Positions 1 to 14,634 of a DNA stretch of 64,000 nt are shown one piece after another (the first letter of the stretch is position 1; every line of letters begins with the position of its first letter). Both the position numbers and the translations under genes were made by a program. The notes below the pieces were generated by a model that saw only the letters and a list, made by a program, of their open reading frames with translations, had not been told where the DNA came from and searched no databases. Source of the stretch: the human T2T-CHM13v2.0 reference genome, Homo sapiens; assembly GCF_009914755.1 (NCBI RefSeq), contig NC_060925.1; one strand, written 5' to 3'.

Positions 1-199
1 GCAATTCTCCTGTCTCAGCCTCCTGCGTAGCTAGGATTACAAGTGCATGCCACCACACCCAGCTAATTTTTGTATTTTTAGTAGAAATGAGGTTTCACCG
101 TGTTGGCCAGGCTGGTCTTGAACTCCTGACCTCAAGTGATCCACCTACCTCAGCCTCCAGAAGTGCTGGAATTACAGGCGTGAGCCACTGCACCTGGCC
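1..199 (-). mobile_element. Alu (AluS-type, Sx/Sz-like), cut by the window start
   Basis: Reverse-complement Alu: ...tttttgtatttttagtaga...ctcaagtgatcc...attacaggcgtgagccactgcacctggcc. Confidence 0.95.
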
Positions 200-2142
200 C
201 GAAGTTCTATATTTTAATAGAGAGGATCTGCAAGCCATGCCCTTCATATCCTTATAAGGGAGAAAGCCCTTCAGACTGACAGAGTAAAGATCTCTGAATA
301 TCTACTCCTTTGTAAAAGCAACTGGAACATTGGCAAAAGTTGCATTTCTCAATTATTTCCATAACTCTGGAAATTAATCAAAAGCTTGTAAAAATTCAAG
401 AAGTGTTTATTTAAAAAAATTGGGTTAATCTTGGCAAGAAAAAGCAAGATTTGTGATATTTTTGTGTGCTCAATTCTCATTCCCCTTGCCCCAGCTCTGT
501 GGTAACCTTCAAAATCAACAGCCTTGGAGCCCTGATACCTGTGAAAATTAGCAGTCTTGCCACAACTAACTGGAGAGGGGCAGGATGGGCTTGGAGTGCC
601 CCCTAAAAGCTCCATCTCCAGAGAATTGTCACTCTCTGACCTCCCTGGAAAAGCCTCATTCACAGGACTTATCTTTATTTGCCTGACTCAGAGTTCACTC
701 AGAAAAGCCCTACTCCTAGGGTATTTTTCAAAAAACAGCTGCAACGGTTTCACAGTAAGCTGCTTGAGTCAGTGATACCACCTGGGGCAAAGGGCTGGCC
801 AAGAAACTTAAAAAAAATCTAAGGAATGAAATATCCACAGGGATCTTTGTAAAAGTTTAACATATTCCTGTGGATCTAGGACATGAGCATATATAAGGCG
901 ATATGCATATGCCCAGGAAAGACGTGAGAAAGTCCACATCTCTCATCTCTGGCTGACATTGAGGCTCTGCACAGCAAGAAGTGAAGGGTTAGCAGAGTTG
1001 TAAACTGCCGGGAACTGAAGATATGTCCCAACAAATATAGAACCCATGGCATAGGATGGGAGATTAATTGCTTCAAGGCATTTAAATAAACCACTCTCCA
1101 ATTACTAGCCAATCACCAAGCTAGTTGAATACAGGCTGCACATGACAAAGATGATAGACTTGACAGAATTATTCTAGGAAACAAACAGCAGCACTTAGTT
1201 CACTAAGTAAACAACAGCAAAAATAACAAACTTAAGAAGGATGGGTGGGAGGGAAGGAGTATCTCATTTTCAGAGTTGCCACATTTTATTACTTAAAATG
1301 TCCAGTTTTAAATAAAAAATTAAAAGCTATGCAAAGAAACATGTCAGTATGGCCCCTACACAAGGAAACACAGTTGACAGAAACTCTCCCAGAGGAAGCC
1401 CATATGTTGAATTTATCAGACAGAGAATTTAAATCAACTATTATAAATATATTCAAAGAACATAATTAAAGAAAATTATATCTAAAAATTATGTCTAAAA
1501 ATTAATTGTTTAAAAATATTGCAATGATGTCTCACAAATAGAAACTATCAATGAGTCACAAATTATAAAAATAAACAAATAGAAATTCTGAAGTTGAAAA
1601 GTACAAAAACTGAAATTAAAAATCACTAGAGAGTCTCACCAGCAAATATGAGCCAGCAAAAGAAAAAAATCAGCAAACTTGAAGGTAGGTTGAGATTATT
1701 CAATCTAAGTAATAGAAAGAAAAAAGAACTGTACCTCAGAGATGTGTGGGTTTCCATCAAACACACCAACATGTGCATAATGGGACTCACAGAGAGAGAG
1801 GAGAGAGAAAGGAACAGAAAGAATATTTAAAGAAATAATAGATAAAGACTTCCAAAAGCTGATGAAAAATAATCTTCCCATCCAAGAAACTCAATAAGCT
1901 TGAAGTAGGATAAACTCAAAGACATCTACATGCATTATCATCAAATTGCTAAAAGTCAAAGACAAAGAGAGATTAAAAGTTGTAACAGAAAAACAACTAA
2001 TCATGCAAGGGCTCATTAATGAGACTAATAGCTAGCTTCATATCGGAAGGCAGTGAGATGACAAATTGAAAATCCTGAAAGAATGAGGCTGTCAATCATG
2101 AATTTTATATTAAGCAAAACTATCCTTCAAAAATGAAGGAGA

Positions 2143-2505
<363 letters not shown>

Positions 2506-2879
2506 CTAGAATAACTTCTCTATGAGAAATACTAACAGGAGTTCTTTCAGGAGTTCTTTCAGGTTGAAATGAAAGAACTCTTGCAATAGCTTGACTCCAT
2601 GTAAAGAAATGAAGAGCATTGTTGAAGGTTACTACATAGGTAAATTTTTAGCTACACTGACCAAGAAAAAAAGGGAAGAGCCAAGTTTCTAAACTCAGGA
2701 ATGAAAGAGGGGACATCACCACTGACCTTACACAAATAAAAAGGATTTTAAGGGAATACTTTAAACAATTATATGCCAACAAATCAGATAACTAAATGAA
2801 ATGGGAAAATTCCTAGAAAGACACAAACTACTGAAATGACTCAACAATAAATACAGAATCTAAATAAACCTATAGCAAG

Positions 2880-3249
2880 TGTTAAGGACTGAATGTTTGT
2901 ATTCTCCCCAAATTTGTATGTTGAAGCCCTAAACCCCAGTGTGTTGACATTTGGAGGTAGGACCTTTGGGAGGTATTAGGTTTGGGTGAGGTCATGAGCA
3001 TGGAGCCCCTAAGATGATATTAGTACTCTTATAAGGAGATGAAGGGACCAACACTCACTTTCTGCCACATCATGTGAATATACAAGAAGGGATCTATCTG
3101 CCAACTAGAAAGAGGGTCTTCACCAGGAACCAAATCAGCTGGCACTTGATCTTAGACTTCCCAGTCCCCAGAAGTGTGAGAAATGTTTGTTATTTAAGCC
3201 ATACCACCTATGGCATTTTTGTTATAGCAGCCCAAGCTAACTAAAGATA
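2880..3249 (+). mobile_element. MaLR solo LTR (MLT1A/MLT1A0-like)
   Basis: Starts tgttaaggactgaatgtttgt, ends gcagcccaagctaactaaagata; perfect 5-bp TSD GCAAG (2875-2879 / 3250-3254). Confidence 0.9.
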
Positions 3250-3289
3250 GCAAGTAAGGAGATTGAATAAGTAGGTAGACTGCTTAAAT

Positions 3290-3545
3290 GTCTGCCTCCT
3301 TCCCTTAGAGGGAGCACCCCAGGAAAGCAAGATAAAAGTGCACAGCATTTTTTGACTTAGCCTTGGAGATGACACAACATAAGCTCCTTCATACTGATAG
3401 AGGCAGTCACAAAGGCCTGCACAGATTCAAGGAGAAGACATAGACCCTTTACTTTAATGTGAGAAGTATTAAAGTCATTTGGCAAGATGAGCTTATAAGT
3501 GGGAAATATTGTTGAGGTCATCTTTGGAAAATACCGTCTGCCACA
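3290..3545 (-). mobile_element. Old MaLR LTR fragment (MLT1F/G/H-like)
   Basis: cagattcaaggagaagacatagacc...ggaaaataccgtctgccaca terminus resembles a reverse-oriented MLT1 LTR start. Confidence 0.6.
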
Positions 3546-4049
3546 GCAGGCATATATATGTAAACTATATTTAAAAAGAAGGTTGTGGTTAGCTCTTTAG
3601 GAGAGAAGAGGCAGAAGGAGAGGATGGGAAGGAGTACATGTGTGTTTTGATTAGCGGTCTAGTTCTGGAATGGGTGGTGAGCAAGGTCATCTAGTATCAC
3701 TGTACAGGCTGGGATTCGAATAACTCCAGGAACCATTATGAATTACAATGTGAGTGGGACTCCTAGAACTGTGCAATATGGCCACACTGCCGGTGGTTCA
3801 CAGATGCTTATTATAATATAATTTAATATATTATCTGAAAGTAACAAGTAATAGAAAATAAATACACAAAAGGAAAAATAAATACAGAAATTAAAAGAGG
3901 ACAAATAATAGTTTTAATCAATGAAATAGTCAATGGCATTTTGGGGGCACCCTGGAGCCACTTCCTGGGAGTGTTCCAGAGATACAAGGGCTGTCTTCAG
4001 AGAGATTAATGCCTTACCACAGTAGATTGCACTGGAGTGCTGCTTGGCT

Positions 4050-4500
4050 CGTAACCATTCTTTCTCTTCTGGGACCAGCAGAGGTGGGTTCCAGGTGACC
4101 CTGTCTGTGCTTCATGGTCTGTGCTTTCAGAGAATGCCCTGACCTCATGGTCATAGGGATGGCCATCTGACCAAGTTAGGCATATTAATTATTTCTCAAA
4201 ATTTGTCCAAGCTGGAATTGAGAAAAGGGATTCAGCCTCTCTCTGGCACTGGAAGCCAAAAGCCGTGAGGCTCTGCAGTCCTTGGCCACCAGGTAACTTC
4301 CCAAGGAGATGGTCAGTCAGCAGAAGGGAATGAGGCAGCAGGCAGAGAAAAGCCAGGGCAGGAAGACAATGGTGAGCTGGTCCAGTTGAATTCAGCTACA
4401 TTCTTGTACTCCCTTTGGTTGCTTTCTCTTTTGTCCTGGCCTAAAGAGAAAGCTGGGTTTCTGTTGCTTCCCATCACAAGGTTAAGAAGAATGCATACAC
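4050..4500 (+). mobile_element. Old MLT1 (J/K-like) LTR relic
   Basis: gggatggccatctgaccaag and gctgggtttctgttgcttcccatc resemble late-MLT1 LTR motifs. Confidence 0.45.
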
Positions 4501-4627
4501 ACCCTGTCTGCAGAATAGCTCTACATAGCCATGGTTCAACATGCAGATTTAAAAGTGAACACCTAAGTGCTCAAGAGTTTCTAAAAAGAAAAGTGAGCAT
4601 TTGAAATCCATCTGAGTAGCCCAAATG

Positions 4628-5345
4628 CATTCATTCATTTATTTACTTTATTCAGTCTTTAAACCAACACCTATTAAGCACCTTTTGTGTGCTAGGTTCT
4701 TCTGAGTCCAGGCTATTCATAGTTGGGCAAACCTCCATGGTACTCATGAAGCTTATAGTCTAGTGCAGAGGCAAACATTAAACCAAATTATCCAACATGT
4801 AAATGTGTAATTATAAATTCTGATAAGTGCTTGGAAGGAAAAGAATATGATGCTATGGGAAAATAATGGGATGGGCAGAGTTAAGAGTGGGCAGTCAGGA
4901 AGGACTCTCTGAGCAAGGGATACTTAAGCCAAAACCAAGATGGGGAAAAAGTCAGCCAGGTGAGAAATGTTATTAAGTTCATGCTCGGCACAGGGAACAG
5001 CATGTGCAAAGCTGTGAAGGAGAAAATGATAATAATAAAAACACAGTGCTTGCTATAAGCCAGGCATTCTTAGAATGAATCCTCACAACAATCCTGTGAA
5101 GTAAATACCATCATTAAGTCTCTTTTTTTCTTTCAGAATTGGAATCTAGGGCACAGAGAGGTTAAGTAATGTGCCCAAGGTCACACAGCTAAGTAGTAGA
5201 GCTGTGGCTCACATCTAGGAGGAGGCCATTGTGGCTGGAGCTGGTGGGTGATGGCAAGAATGGCAGATCAAGCTGGAGCTGTGTGGAAGGTCTGCGTCAT
5301 GTCCAGCCTTGTAGGCCATGGAAGAGAGTTTGAATTTTATTCTAT
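4628..5345 (-). mobile_element. L2 3' fragment with a MIR inserted at ~5030-5220
   Basis: cattcattcatt L2 tail in reverse plus gaagcttatagtctag; MIR core gaggttaagtaatgtgcccaaggtcacacagct; L2 resumes with ggaggccattgtggctggag. Confidence 0.8.
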
Positions 5346-6109
5346 ATAACCATGAAAAACAATAAAACATATTTAATCAGAAAAGTGCATGATATGTATA
5401 TTTTGAAAAGCCAGTGATGGCATTTTAAAAATTCTATTTTGTGATTATGAAACTTCCGTATGCTCATTTGGAAAACACAGAAAAGCACCAAGCGGAAAAT
5501 AAAAATCACCTCTAATGCCACACCCTGCAAACAACAGATAGTCACTGTTAACCTCAGAATATAGTCTTCCAATCATTGATAAGTATTTGCATTATAGCAT
5601 AGTTAGAATTATGCTGCACCTATTGTTTTGTCAACTGCCATCTAAGAGATATACAGTATCATATGGTAGTTTTGATCCAAGATTTTTCAGGAAGAAATGT
5701 ACATTAGTGATGTGGGGTGTGGGATGGGAGGACAGAAAGAAGCTCTTGTTTCAGAAGAATTAGTCCAGCAGGAAGACAGGTCGTGTCTGGGACATGGGTT
5801 TAGGTTGTCACTTTGGAAATCTGCTTTTGAGCCACATGTGAGCTCTCTGAAGATTCCATTTTCTCTGAGTTCTCCAAGGCAGAGACTAGCGCCAACACCT
5901 CTCCTTCCCCTGTAGGACGTACCCACACAAAGCAGCTGTCCTGTGCCACTCAGGCTGAGGAGAGATTGTCCTGCTGTGCCTCTCTTGTACCCATCTTCCT
6001 TCTGCCTTCAGGAAGTCATAAATCTGAGATGAGGGGATGGGTAGGTTACAGGCCTCAGATAGCTCCACCTGTTCATACATACAATAAATCACCAGCTTTG
6101 TCTCAGGCA

Positions 6110-6335
6110 CGGCCACAAGCACTTTTTACACGCGTTATTTCAGTGAATCCTCCTACAGCCTCTGAGTAAGTGGTATTACTCCTCACCTTCACTGGTGAGG
6201 AAACTGAAGCCAGAGAAAGAACAACAGCTGGAAAGTGGCAGAGCCATCGCTTCTGGGCTTTTTGGTTAAGATCAAATGTAAGTGGCAGAACCAGTGGAAC
6301 TTGAGCATGTCAGACCCAAATTCCATGTGTTTAAC
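6110..6335 (-). mobile_element. MIR
   Basis: ggtgaggaaactgaagccagaga core. Confidence 0.7.
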
Positions 6336-7574
6336 TGCTTCTTCATACAGAATATGTCCCTTGAAACCCTTTCACATTTTTCTGCTTTGTTGGAGGCAAA
6401 TGTTCATTACTTTCCATCTGACCCTAGGATTGCACTGGACTGAAGGATGGCCACAAATTATAGGTGAAGCTGACCAGCCCCAAAGATTGGGATATTAAAG
6501 ACACATGAATAATGGGCAGGTGCTTGGAGGGTAGATAGCCAAGTGCTGGAAACCCAGGCTTGAACTACCGTGCAGACCCCCTGAAGAGAGGAAGCTGGAC
6601 CACTTTGTGCTCTAAGGTCAGGGCGAAGGTCTGAATCCTCCCACATCCATCATGGCCTCTGCCACAGCTGGATCAGGCTGGAATAACTTCCCTAAAGCTG
6701 GCTGGGAAAATCCCCAGGATGCCAGGCCACCAGGCAGCACTCCCAGGGAAGCTGACCCTGCTGCTGCCCCTCCCTTCCATTGATGGAAAAGTACAGGCAG
6801 CGCTGGTGCCCCTCAAGCCTTCAGGCAAATGTCTGGCTGCCCTCTAGACTCACCAACTGCAAGTAATGACGCTTTTGTCCTTGGTCCAAGGCTGAAGGAA
6901 AATAGTTTCCCAAAAAAGCAGTTAAAAAATGTGGAAAATATCCACAATCCAAGTGTCTGCACAGAGTGGGGTGGGAAGTCTCCTCCTAGACAGACTTGCA
7001 GCTGAAGATTCTGCGGTCCTCCTGCGAAGAGGCAGGGAAGGAATGTGAAACCCTATCACTTGGGGGGCAATGCACAGTATGGCTTTCACTTTCTGGCCAC
7101 TCTGGGAATGGGTCAGGGCTACAGATCATGCTGGAGAATCGCAGCCTCCTGAGAGTCAGCTCCACATACTGGAAGTTCAGCACATGCATGAGTCAGGATA
7201 CCTGTCTGATCCCCTGGGGAGCTCAATGGAGACCTGGAACACACAACTATTTCCTCATGGACGCTAAGGTCTCTCAGGCCTTCCAGTTCTAACCTACTCT
7301 TTATTATCCCGCCTTCTCTTCCCACCTCATGTAGTAATTCACAGGTTTACTTATGATCTTATTTGACACTTGGCAGCAAATGAGGAAGTGAGGTATAATA
7401 GATGGGTATTATTGGGTTTATTATACAAAAGGGGAGCCTAGGGTACAGGGAGGGAAGTTGTCTGCTTAGGGTCTTATAGACCTGGGTCTCCTCTGAATCC
7501 TGGTTCCTTGCTGCTAGACCATGGCATGTCCCATAGTCTTATACCTGCAGCTGTTGTCTCAGAAGCAAGAAGTA

Positions 7575-7790
7575 CAGGGAGTGAGCACTGGTCTTCAGTC
7601 AGTAGGCCTGACTTTCTGTGGCACTATGCTTGGCCTATGGTTGGTTACTGATTGTATGAGTAAACGAGTGACCTTGGGCAAGTGACTTTACCTTTCTGTG
7701 CTTTGGTTTCCTCATCTGCACAATGCAAGTGTTGAGTTGGATAACCTCTGACATCTAAGCCCCATCCAGTTCCAGTTTTAAGTATCTATA
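7575..7790 (+). mobile_element. MIR/MIR3
   Basis: gtgaccttgggcaagtgactttacctttctgtgctttggtttcctcatctg core. Confidence 0.8.
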
Positions 7791-9275
7791 TTTTCTGATT
7801 AAATCCAAACTTCCTAGGACCTGCCAAAGAAGCTGTTCCTTTCTTCCCAGTTCACTCATCCTGGTTTCCCAGCACAGACTCTCTGACATGACCTTTCCTG
7901 ATACCTACCTTGCCTTAGTGGAGTGAGTGGAGTGCAGGGTGTGCCAGCCCAAGGCCTGCTTTGCCTTGCATCTCCACATAGTGCCCAGGCTGGGTTGCCC
8001 AAACAAAACACTTTGCAGAGTCTTTGATCCCTTACATAGTCCAGCCATGGAAGGATGAAGTGAGGCTGGTATTTGGGTGGAGACTGAAATGTGTGGATGA
8101 AAATCATGGGTATAGAAACATGAGGATCTCAGTGTTGGGGTCAGGGGTGAGGTATTTAGGATGTGGATCATGGTGAGAGGCTGAGAAATGGTAGGTGGTG
8201 GGGGTGAGGCTTTTTAACTGGAAGAGGGGAAAATGCTGTGACTCTGTCATCCTAGGCTGTCTTCTGGATCTGGAATGGATGATTCAGAGGGTGCATTTCC
8301 TTTTTCTGGTCTTAGATGGCTGGGTGTTCCATGATTGGACTAATGGTACGGGGGATAGAAAAGGCAGGGAGTGCTCTGACAAGGTCAGGGACCTGAGTCT
8401 ATGAGAGCTGGGTGAGCTTGAGGGGGTCTGAGGGCTTGGCTTTCCACTCTGTGGATGGCTGAACATTGTCTGGAGGTTCCATCAACATGGCCACGCATGG
8501 CTAACCAGGGTTGGTCTGGTGGTGCCAGTGGTTTGGGGAGAGAATGTAGAGGCTGACTTGGGGAACAAGGAGAACCTGGCACTGGGATGAGGGTGGGGTC
8601 ACATCTCTGGGCTGGAATGGCCTACTTCTGTTGTGTGGAGATGGTGGAGAGGGGTGGGGGTGGTGTGGCTCCAGACTTCTCAGCCCAGCCACCATGTTGG
8701 AAATCAGTTTATTGAATTTACAGTAAAGGTTTTATGGGGCTTTCCTGGAAGCTTCCCATTATGGAAACTCTTGTGCTGGCAGTTTGGTGGCTGGTGTCTG
8801 GTTTGCTTGGGAGAGGTTGAGTCAGGCTCTGTCTTGATGGAAAGTTCCTCTGCCTGGGTCACTTGAGGGGAGCAGGCTGGGGGCCTGAGTGGGCCTGCCA
8901 GATTCTTGGAGAGGGTAGGCTGTCCTGCAGTTTGGTCCTGAGTGGGACCCCTTTTGTTTTCTCTCTGAGCATCCTCTGTGGGTTCTGGACATCTGTTCTT
9001 CAGGGGAAGCCACGGTGAAAAAGTCACCCCGTTATTAAAGCTATTTTCATTATTTTCCACGTTTGAAAAGCACGAGATGCTGGTCCACTGAGCAAAAACA
9101 AACCAACTCCACAAAAATGGATTTGTTGATTATAAACAGCAGGAACACACAACTCACCGGACCACATCTGAATTGAGTATCCTTGAGCCTTGGTGTGAGG
9201 TCCCAACAGCTGCCCCCTTGCTGTTCCTTAGAAGTTCGTTTCTCCAGCATTTCCAACATCCTCTTGGACTCCCAC

Positions 9276-9696
9276 TATACTAGTTCATTCTTGCATTGCT
9301 GTAAATAAATACCTGAGACTGGGTAATTGATAAAGAAGAGAGGTTTAATTGGATCATGGTTCTGCAGGCTATATAGGAAGCATGATGCTGGCATTTGCTC
9401 AGCTTCTGCGGAGGCCTCAGGAAACTTACAATCATGGCAGAAGGTAAAATGGGAGAAGGCATGTCACATCGTGGAAGCAGGAGCGGGGTGTGGGGAGGTG
9501 TCACAGATTTCTAAACAACCAGATCTCGTGAGAACTCACTCAGTATTATGAGAACAGCACCAAGAGGATGGTGCTAAGCCATTTATGAGAAACCCACCCT
9601 CATAATCCAATCACCTTCCGCTAGGCCCCACCTCCAACACTGGGAATTACAATTGGACATGAGATTTGGGTGGGGACACAGATCTAAATTGTATCA
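9276..9696 (-). mobile_element. MaLR solo LTR (MSTA-like)
   Basis: gaggcctcaggaaacttacaatcatggcagaagg and gagatttgggtggggacacag motifs; perfect 5-bp TSD CCCAC (9271-9275 / 9697-9701). Confidence 0.92.
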
Positions 9697-11699
9697 CCCA
9701 CTTTCCACTTTGCACTGTCCTCCAAAACTAGGCTCACATAGTCACTGCAGGATGCCTGACTTCGTTAAGGAGTAGAGCAGAGGTTTTGGCTCTAGATCTT
9801 CGAAAAGGCCCAGAGTCTAGTTTGTGAATGTGATGACTTCGTCATGTTGAGGCCCTGAAATGGAGACTGATTTGCACATTACCAGCCTCCCTTTAGCTAT
9901 TAGTAGGACTATTGGATCTTGTGGCTCTGGGCCACCCATCCTCCCCCATGTACTTTTCATTTAAGCATTTATATCGCTGGTGTTCTTATTCTTTAAAACA
10001 CAGGTACATTCACAGAATAGAACATCCTGCTTGGTATATGAATGACAATTGTGAAATCATTGAGTTGTTAAGGTTTCTTCAGGTGCCCAGGTGTGCCCCT
10101 TTTGACAGGGGTGTTGAGGAGGATCTTAGCAGCAGCATTTTCATGGGAAGTGATGTTGCCCCTCCTCAGTGATAGTGAACAGCCATCTTTCTAATGGTCT
10201 CAGGTGTCCAAATGTGTTCTGTGCTGCCGTGGGAGACAGTAAGCTGCCCATCACTGGAGACGCCAGCTGGAATTTTCACTGATTGCTCTGAAGGATGGTT
10301 GGCCTGGATAATCTCTAAGTTTCCTGACCTGAGATGCGAAGGGGAAACTGCTTGTAGCAGACAGGTGTCAGCTTTGCAGTCCGCCAGACCTGAGTTCAAG
10401 TCTCAATTTCCCCGCATACCTGGTTTTCTTCTCTGCAAAGAAGAGAGAGGAAAATAATATCAACTTTGCAGGACTCCCGTGAGGAATCCATGACACAGCA
10501 CCTGGAGCTACGATGACTCTCTTATTATTCCCCCCTCTTCATTTCAAGTCAGTTGTGTGCTCAGGGTATGGACTCCACACTGGAACCAACCCTGCATTTA
10601 AAAATAAACAGCCACTTAGCTTCATTTGATACATGATATATACACCCACATGAGTGTTTTGTCTTGTTTGAATTTCTCCCCACTGTCTGTGTTTCCATCA
10701 TGTGTGTCTGGGTGTGTCTGTCCTAGATGGCAAGCCCTGAGGCATTCTGAGTGGCACAAAGCACAATTATCTGCCTCGTAATGTTGAGGATGATGATAAC
10801 AACACCGTTTTACATTTATGATTGCATTTGACTTTTGAAGTACCTCTGGGAGGTAGGAAGGACTAATGAAGTAAGTGACCGCAGTTGATGAGAGACTGCC
10901 CAAGGACACACAGCTGGGAGTAGTAACAAGACCAGACCTAGAACAGGGGATCAGTTTGTGGATTTAGTGGAAGACTTTCCTGGCTGACCCTCCCTCCCAC
11001 CCCTTCCTAAGCATTCTTTCATCATGTGCTCCTGAGCCCCTTTGTTCTGGGCTTGGCTTGAGCCCAGATGACTCAACTTTCCATGTGGTAGCATTATCTA
11101 GAAGGCTTTTCCCAGGACCTGCCTGGCCTGGGCGTCTGGGGTAGCTGAGGGCTCAGACACCCAGTGTGTGAATGCCCTGGGGAATTAGAGCAGTGGGCCC
11201 TGATGCAGACTCCTGCATCCCTGAGGGAAGACCAGGGCAGAGGAGCATGGCCAGAGTGGGCAGGTGACCATTTGCCCAGGAATCTGCAGGGCTGTCTTGC
11301 TTTAGAGAGTGAGAGTCAGTTGGTCAGTCTTTTTTTTCCTCCCTGAATTAATGTATTTGTTCATTCATGCTTCTGGCCTGCATGAAATATTATCCTCAGT
11401 GCTTTGTCATATACAGGAATTGTGAGATCCCCCCTGGCCCTGAGAATTTTGTAGTCTAGTTAATGGGTCAACTGGACAATGGAAATAGACAAATGGAAGC
11501 ACCAGAGAATAATCTAAAGACACATAGAGAGAAACAGTACTTTAGCAAAATTAGGGTTTAAATCCTGGCTCAGAGTGGGAAGCAGGGATTCAGCTGAAGG
11601 CTATTTTGGAATCCCAGGTATGAAGTAAAAAGGCCTAACCTAAAGTCATCGTGGAAGGGAAAAGGAGAGATACAATCTGAGCTCAGGGACATGGCAGTC

Positions 11700-12320
11700 A
11701 TTGTCTGATCTGCTCAACTTTTCACTCACAGCTCCTAGCTCTGGAAAATAGCCCAAAGCTTTTATTTTTGCCCAAGACTGGCCCTGGATTGGTCAGGGCA
11801 TCTGACCCAAGTGCCACTAATCCAGAGGCTTGCCAGTGGCATGGCTCGTTTGAAAAGAGGAGCCTGGCCAAGCCACATTCCCCACTAAGGGCTCTGAACC
11901 AGAAGACACTGAGAGAAAGGACAGCATTGGGACTGACGCTGCAGGATCACGATGTTGCGGGGAGTGCAGCCAGGATGGGCACATGGAAGAGCAGGTGCTC
12001 TGAGAAGCAGGAGCTATGAAGTGGGGGAAAGTGACAGAGAGTATGGGGAATCAGAGAGCCGTTCAGTGGTAAGGAAGGGACAGAAAAAATCGTTATCATG
12101 TCAATGACAGAACATTAGGTGGAAATGTACAAAGTCCCACTATCGAGGGCCTGAGGGCTGCTGCAGATCCAGAGCCAGCCTCTGCGTGCTGCTCCCACCC
12201 CACTATGCCAGGCCGTTTGGCTTTCTCTGGGTGCCCGGGTCCTTGCATCCTTCAAGAAACCCCCATGACAAGAGGAAAGCTTGGTTAGTCTCAGTCTTAT
12301 GGAAACAGAATCTATGCTAG
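11700..12320 (+). mobile_element. Probable ancient ERVL/MaLR LTR relic
   Basis: gattggtcagggcatctgacccaag motif typical of old LTR16/MLT1 families; family not resolved. Confidence 0.35.
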
Positions 12321-12964
12321 CCTAAGTCATTTCTTAGAGATCTGGAGAATGAAAGTCAGTGGAACGTCCCTAGGCACACACACATGTGAGTATCTCAGTG
12401 TAAACGTATCTGCAGACTCCACCACAACCCAGAAGTCCTGTGAGTGTGGGGCAAGCATGGCGGGTAGGGGGTGGTGGGGAGAGCGCCGAGTGTGGGGAGA
12501 CCGAGGGATCAGGGAGGAAAGCACTGCCTCCCCTTCCTGGAGAGTCCAGTTGGAAGAACTCATGGGTCATGGCAGTAGAAAGTGCTACTTTTAGTTTCCT
12601 TCAGGATGTAGATGCCATTTAAAGTCAAACTATTTCCTAATACTGGTGCCCAGAAAATGATTCATTGGAGAATGCTGATGTTGTTTTCTGTGCCCGACAT
12701 GAAGCAGTGTGATGCTGTTTCAGAGCAGAGGATATTGGCCTGAAGGGCTGTAACTCTGTGCTGTCCCCAAAGGCCGTTTCTGGGCAGTGTTTATCTTTTG
12801 TCTGCCTGAGACTCTCTGTGTGGCTCACTCTTCATCGTGATTCTTTGCATGCCTGTAACATGTGTCATCTACACGTATTCTTTTGGCACCCATCACCTAC
12901 AGTTTTGGTTACTTCCCTTAGAGGCTTGTGTTTGTGTCTGGGGGTGTGTTACTTTCTTTGCTTC

Positions 12965-13170
12965 CCCAGACCCTGGATCCATATTCAGGAGTCCCTGCTC
13001 TGACACTTTGTGCTATGTGAACTTCGACAAGCCACGAACGTCCCCACACTTCTATTTCCTCACCTGTAAAATGGGAATGATGACATCTGATGATAAGCAA
13101 CCATGGCCAACTTATCTAACAGAAATGAAGGTCCAATGCCAATATTGGAGAATGCTTTGTAAATTCCGAA
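12965..13170 (+). mobile_element. MIR
   Basis: tttcctcacctgtaaaatgggaatgatg core. Confidence 0.75.
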
Positions 13171-14589
13171 TTGTAGTGTTCAGTGAGAAATTGATAACAT
13201 TTTCTTCTTGTAAGGACTGTACTTCATAGATTTTTAATGGCTGTCTCACATCGCAACCCCAAGATAACACACTGCTGAGCAAATAGGAGGAGCTCAATAA
13301 ATAATTGTAGAATGTGATCATCGTTGTTCTCATCTTTACAAATTCCTTATTAATGCCGTTTTGTTGCTGCCAGATAACTCATTGTCTTCCCATGCTGACA
13401 TTATATAAGTCTGGGACACACATGAACATGGGAAGACATCAGAAAGTTACATAACTGACCAGTAGAGAATAAACATCAGTTACACATAAAGGTTAAGTGC
13501 ATTTTAGAGGTTAGAAAAAGTGATGAGTGAATAATTGCGATAGGAAAGTGGTTTGTGGGAACAGCTATAAGATATAGATTGAGGTAGGTGGGATTGGGGA
13601 AGCTGCTTTTATCTAATTAAGAAGACCTTCAAGAGGAAGTGGATTTTCAGGAGCAGGTAGACGAGAGGGCAGAATGGGCTTGGTGAAGAGGTGGCCAGAG
13701 AACATTCCAGACACATGAGTATCCTCCGAAGGCTGTGGGGCAAGATACCTTCAGGGTGGTTTGCCCCTCTTGACAGTTGGAATGGCTAGAGGGGTGTGTG
13801 TGTATGTGTGTATAGACATAGGGAAGCGGAGGGCAAGGGACAGATAAGAAGGGTGGGAAAGAGGTAAGGGAGACCTGCTGGGGGTGATGAAGACAATGTA
13901 AGACTGATAACCTTCAGGTGTGAGATGTTTTGGAGGAGCCCTGTTGAGATTTCTTTACACTGTATCCAATAAAGTTGTCCTCAGCTTCTTTGTTTGGATT
14001 CGGCACTTGGAAATGGGGCTAGTTTAAAATCAGAGGGAGGGATAAAGCTAAGAATGTGGGCAGGGTAAAGAAACCAGGTCCCCAAATCCATATAACAACT
14101 TACAGACCTTATGCCATTTTAGTTAAACTTGGCCTAGCACCTTTGGGTTTGAAGGTTTATCATTAAATAGCTTTTATTTACTTGCTTCTCATTGTGTAAA
14201 ACTGTTAAAACCCCCAGGTTCCTATTTGTTCTAGGCCCCAGAAGTGAATAATTGATCATTAGGCATTGTAACATTGGTCTGGGGCTTCTGAATGTGCACA
14301 TCCACTCAAAGTGAGACAGAGGATGGGCCTTCCCCCTGTCCAAGCCAAACAGCTCAGTGTCACATCCTGGCTTCACCTATTTCCATGGATCCTGCAACCC
14401 AGACATGATCTCATCAGGGCCACTCCCTAGAAGGAAGTGGGGAAGCACAGGACTATTCTGTCTCATTTTCCAAATAGAGAAACTGAGGCACTGAGCAATG
14501 AGAGAAGCTTAGTAAGGATGAGATAATGAGCTAGCTGCAGGGCTGAGAACAAACTGGGCTTTGGCTCAGAGTGGCTACCATTCAGTACA

Positions 14590-14590
<1 letters not shown>

Positions 14591-14624
<34 letters not shown>

Positions 14625-14634
14625 TGTGTGTGTG
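14591..14634. repeat. (TG)n microsatellite flanked by MIR relics (~14440-14580 minus, ~14740-14840 plus)
   Basis: ~22 TG units with one interruption. Confidence 0.95.

Noticed and set aside
6986-7325. Four overlapping ORFs in GC-balanced unique sequence
   Set aside because: No protein similarity I recognise and no convincing acceptor/donor pair.
8704-9259. 136-aa minus-strand ORF and neighbours
   Set aside because: Non-ATG starts, no motif, chance-length ORFs; the origin of the region is unresolved.
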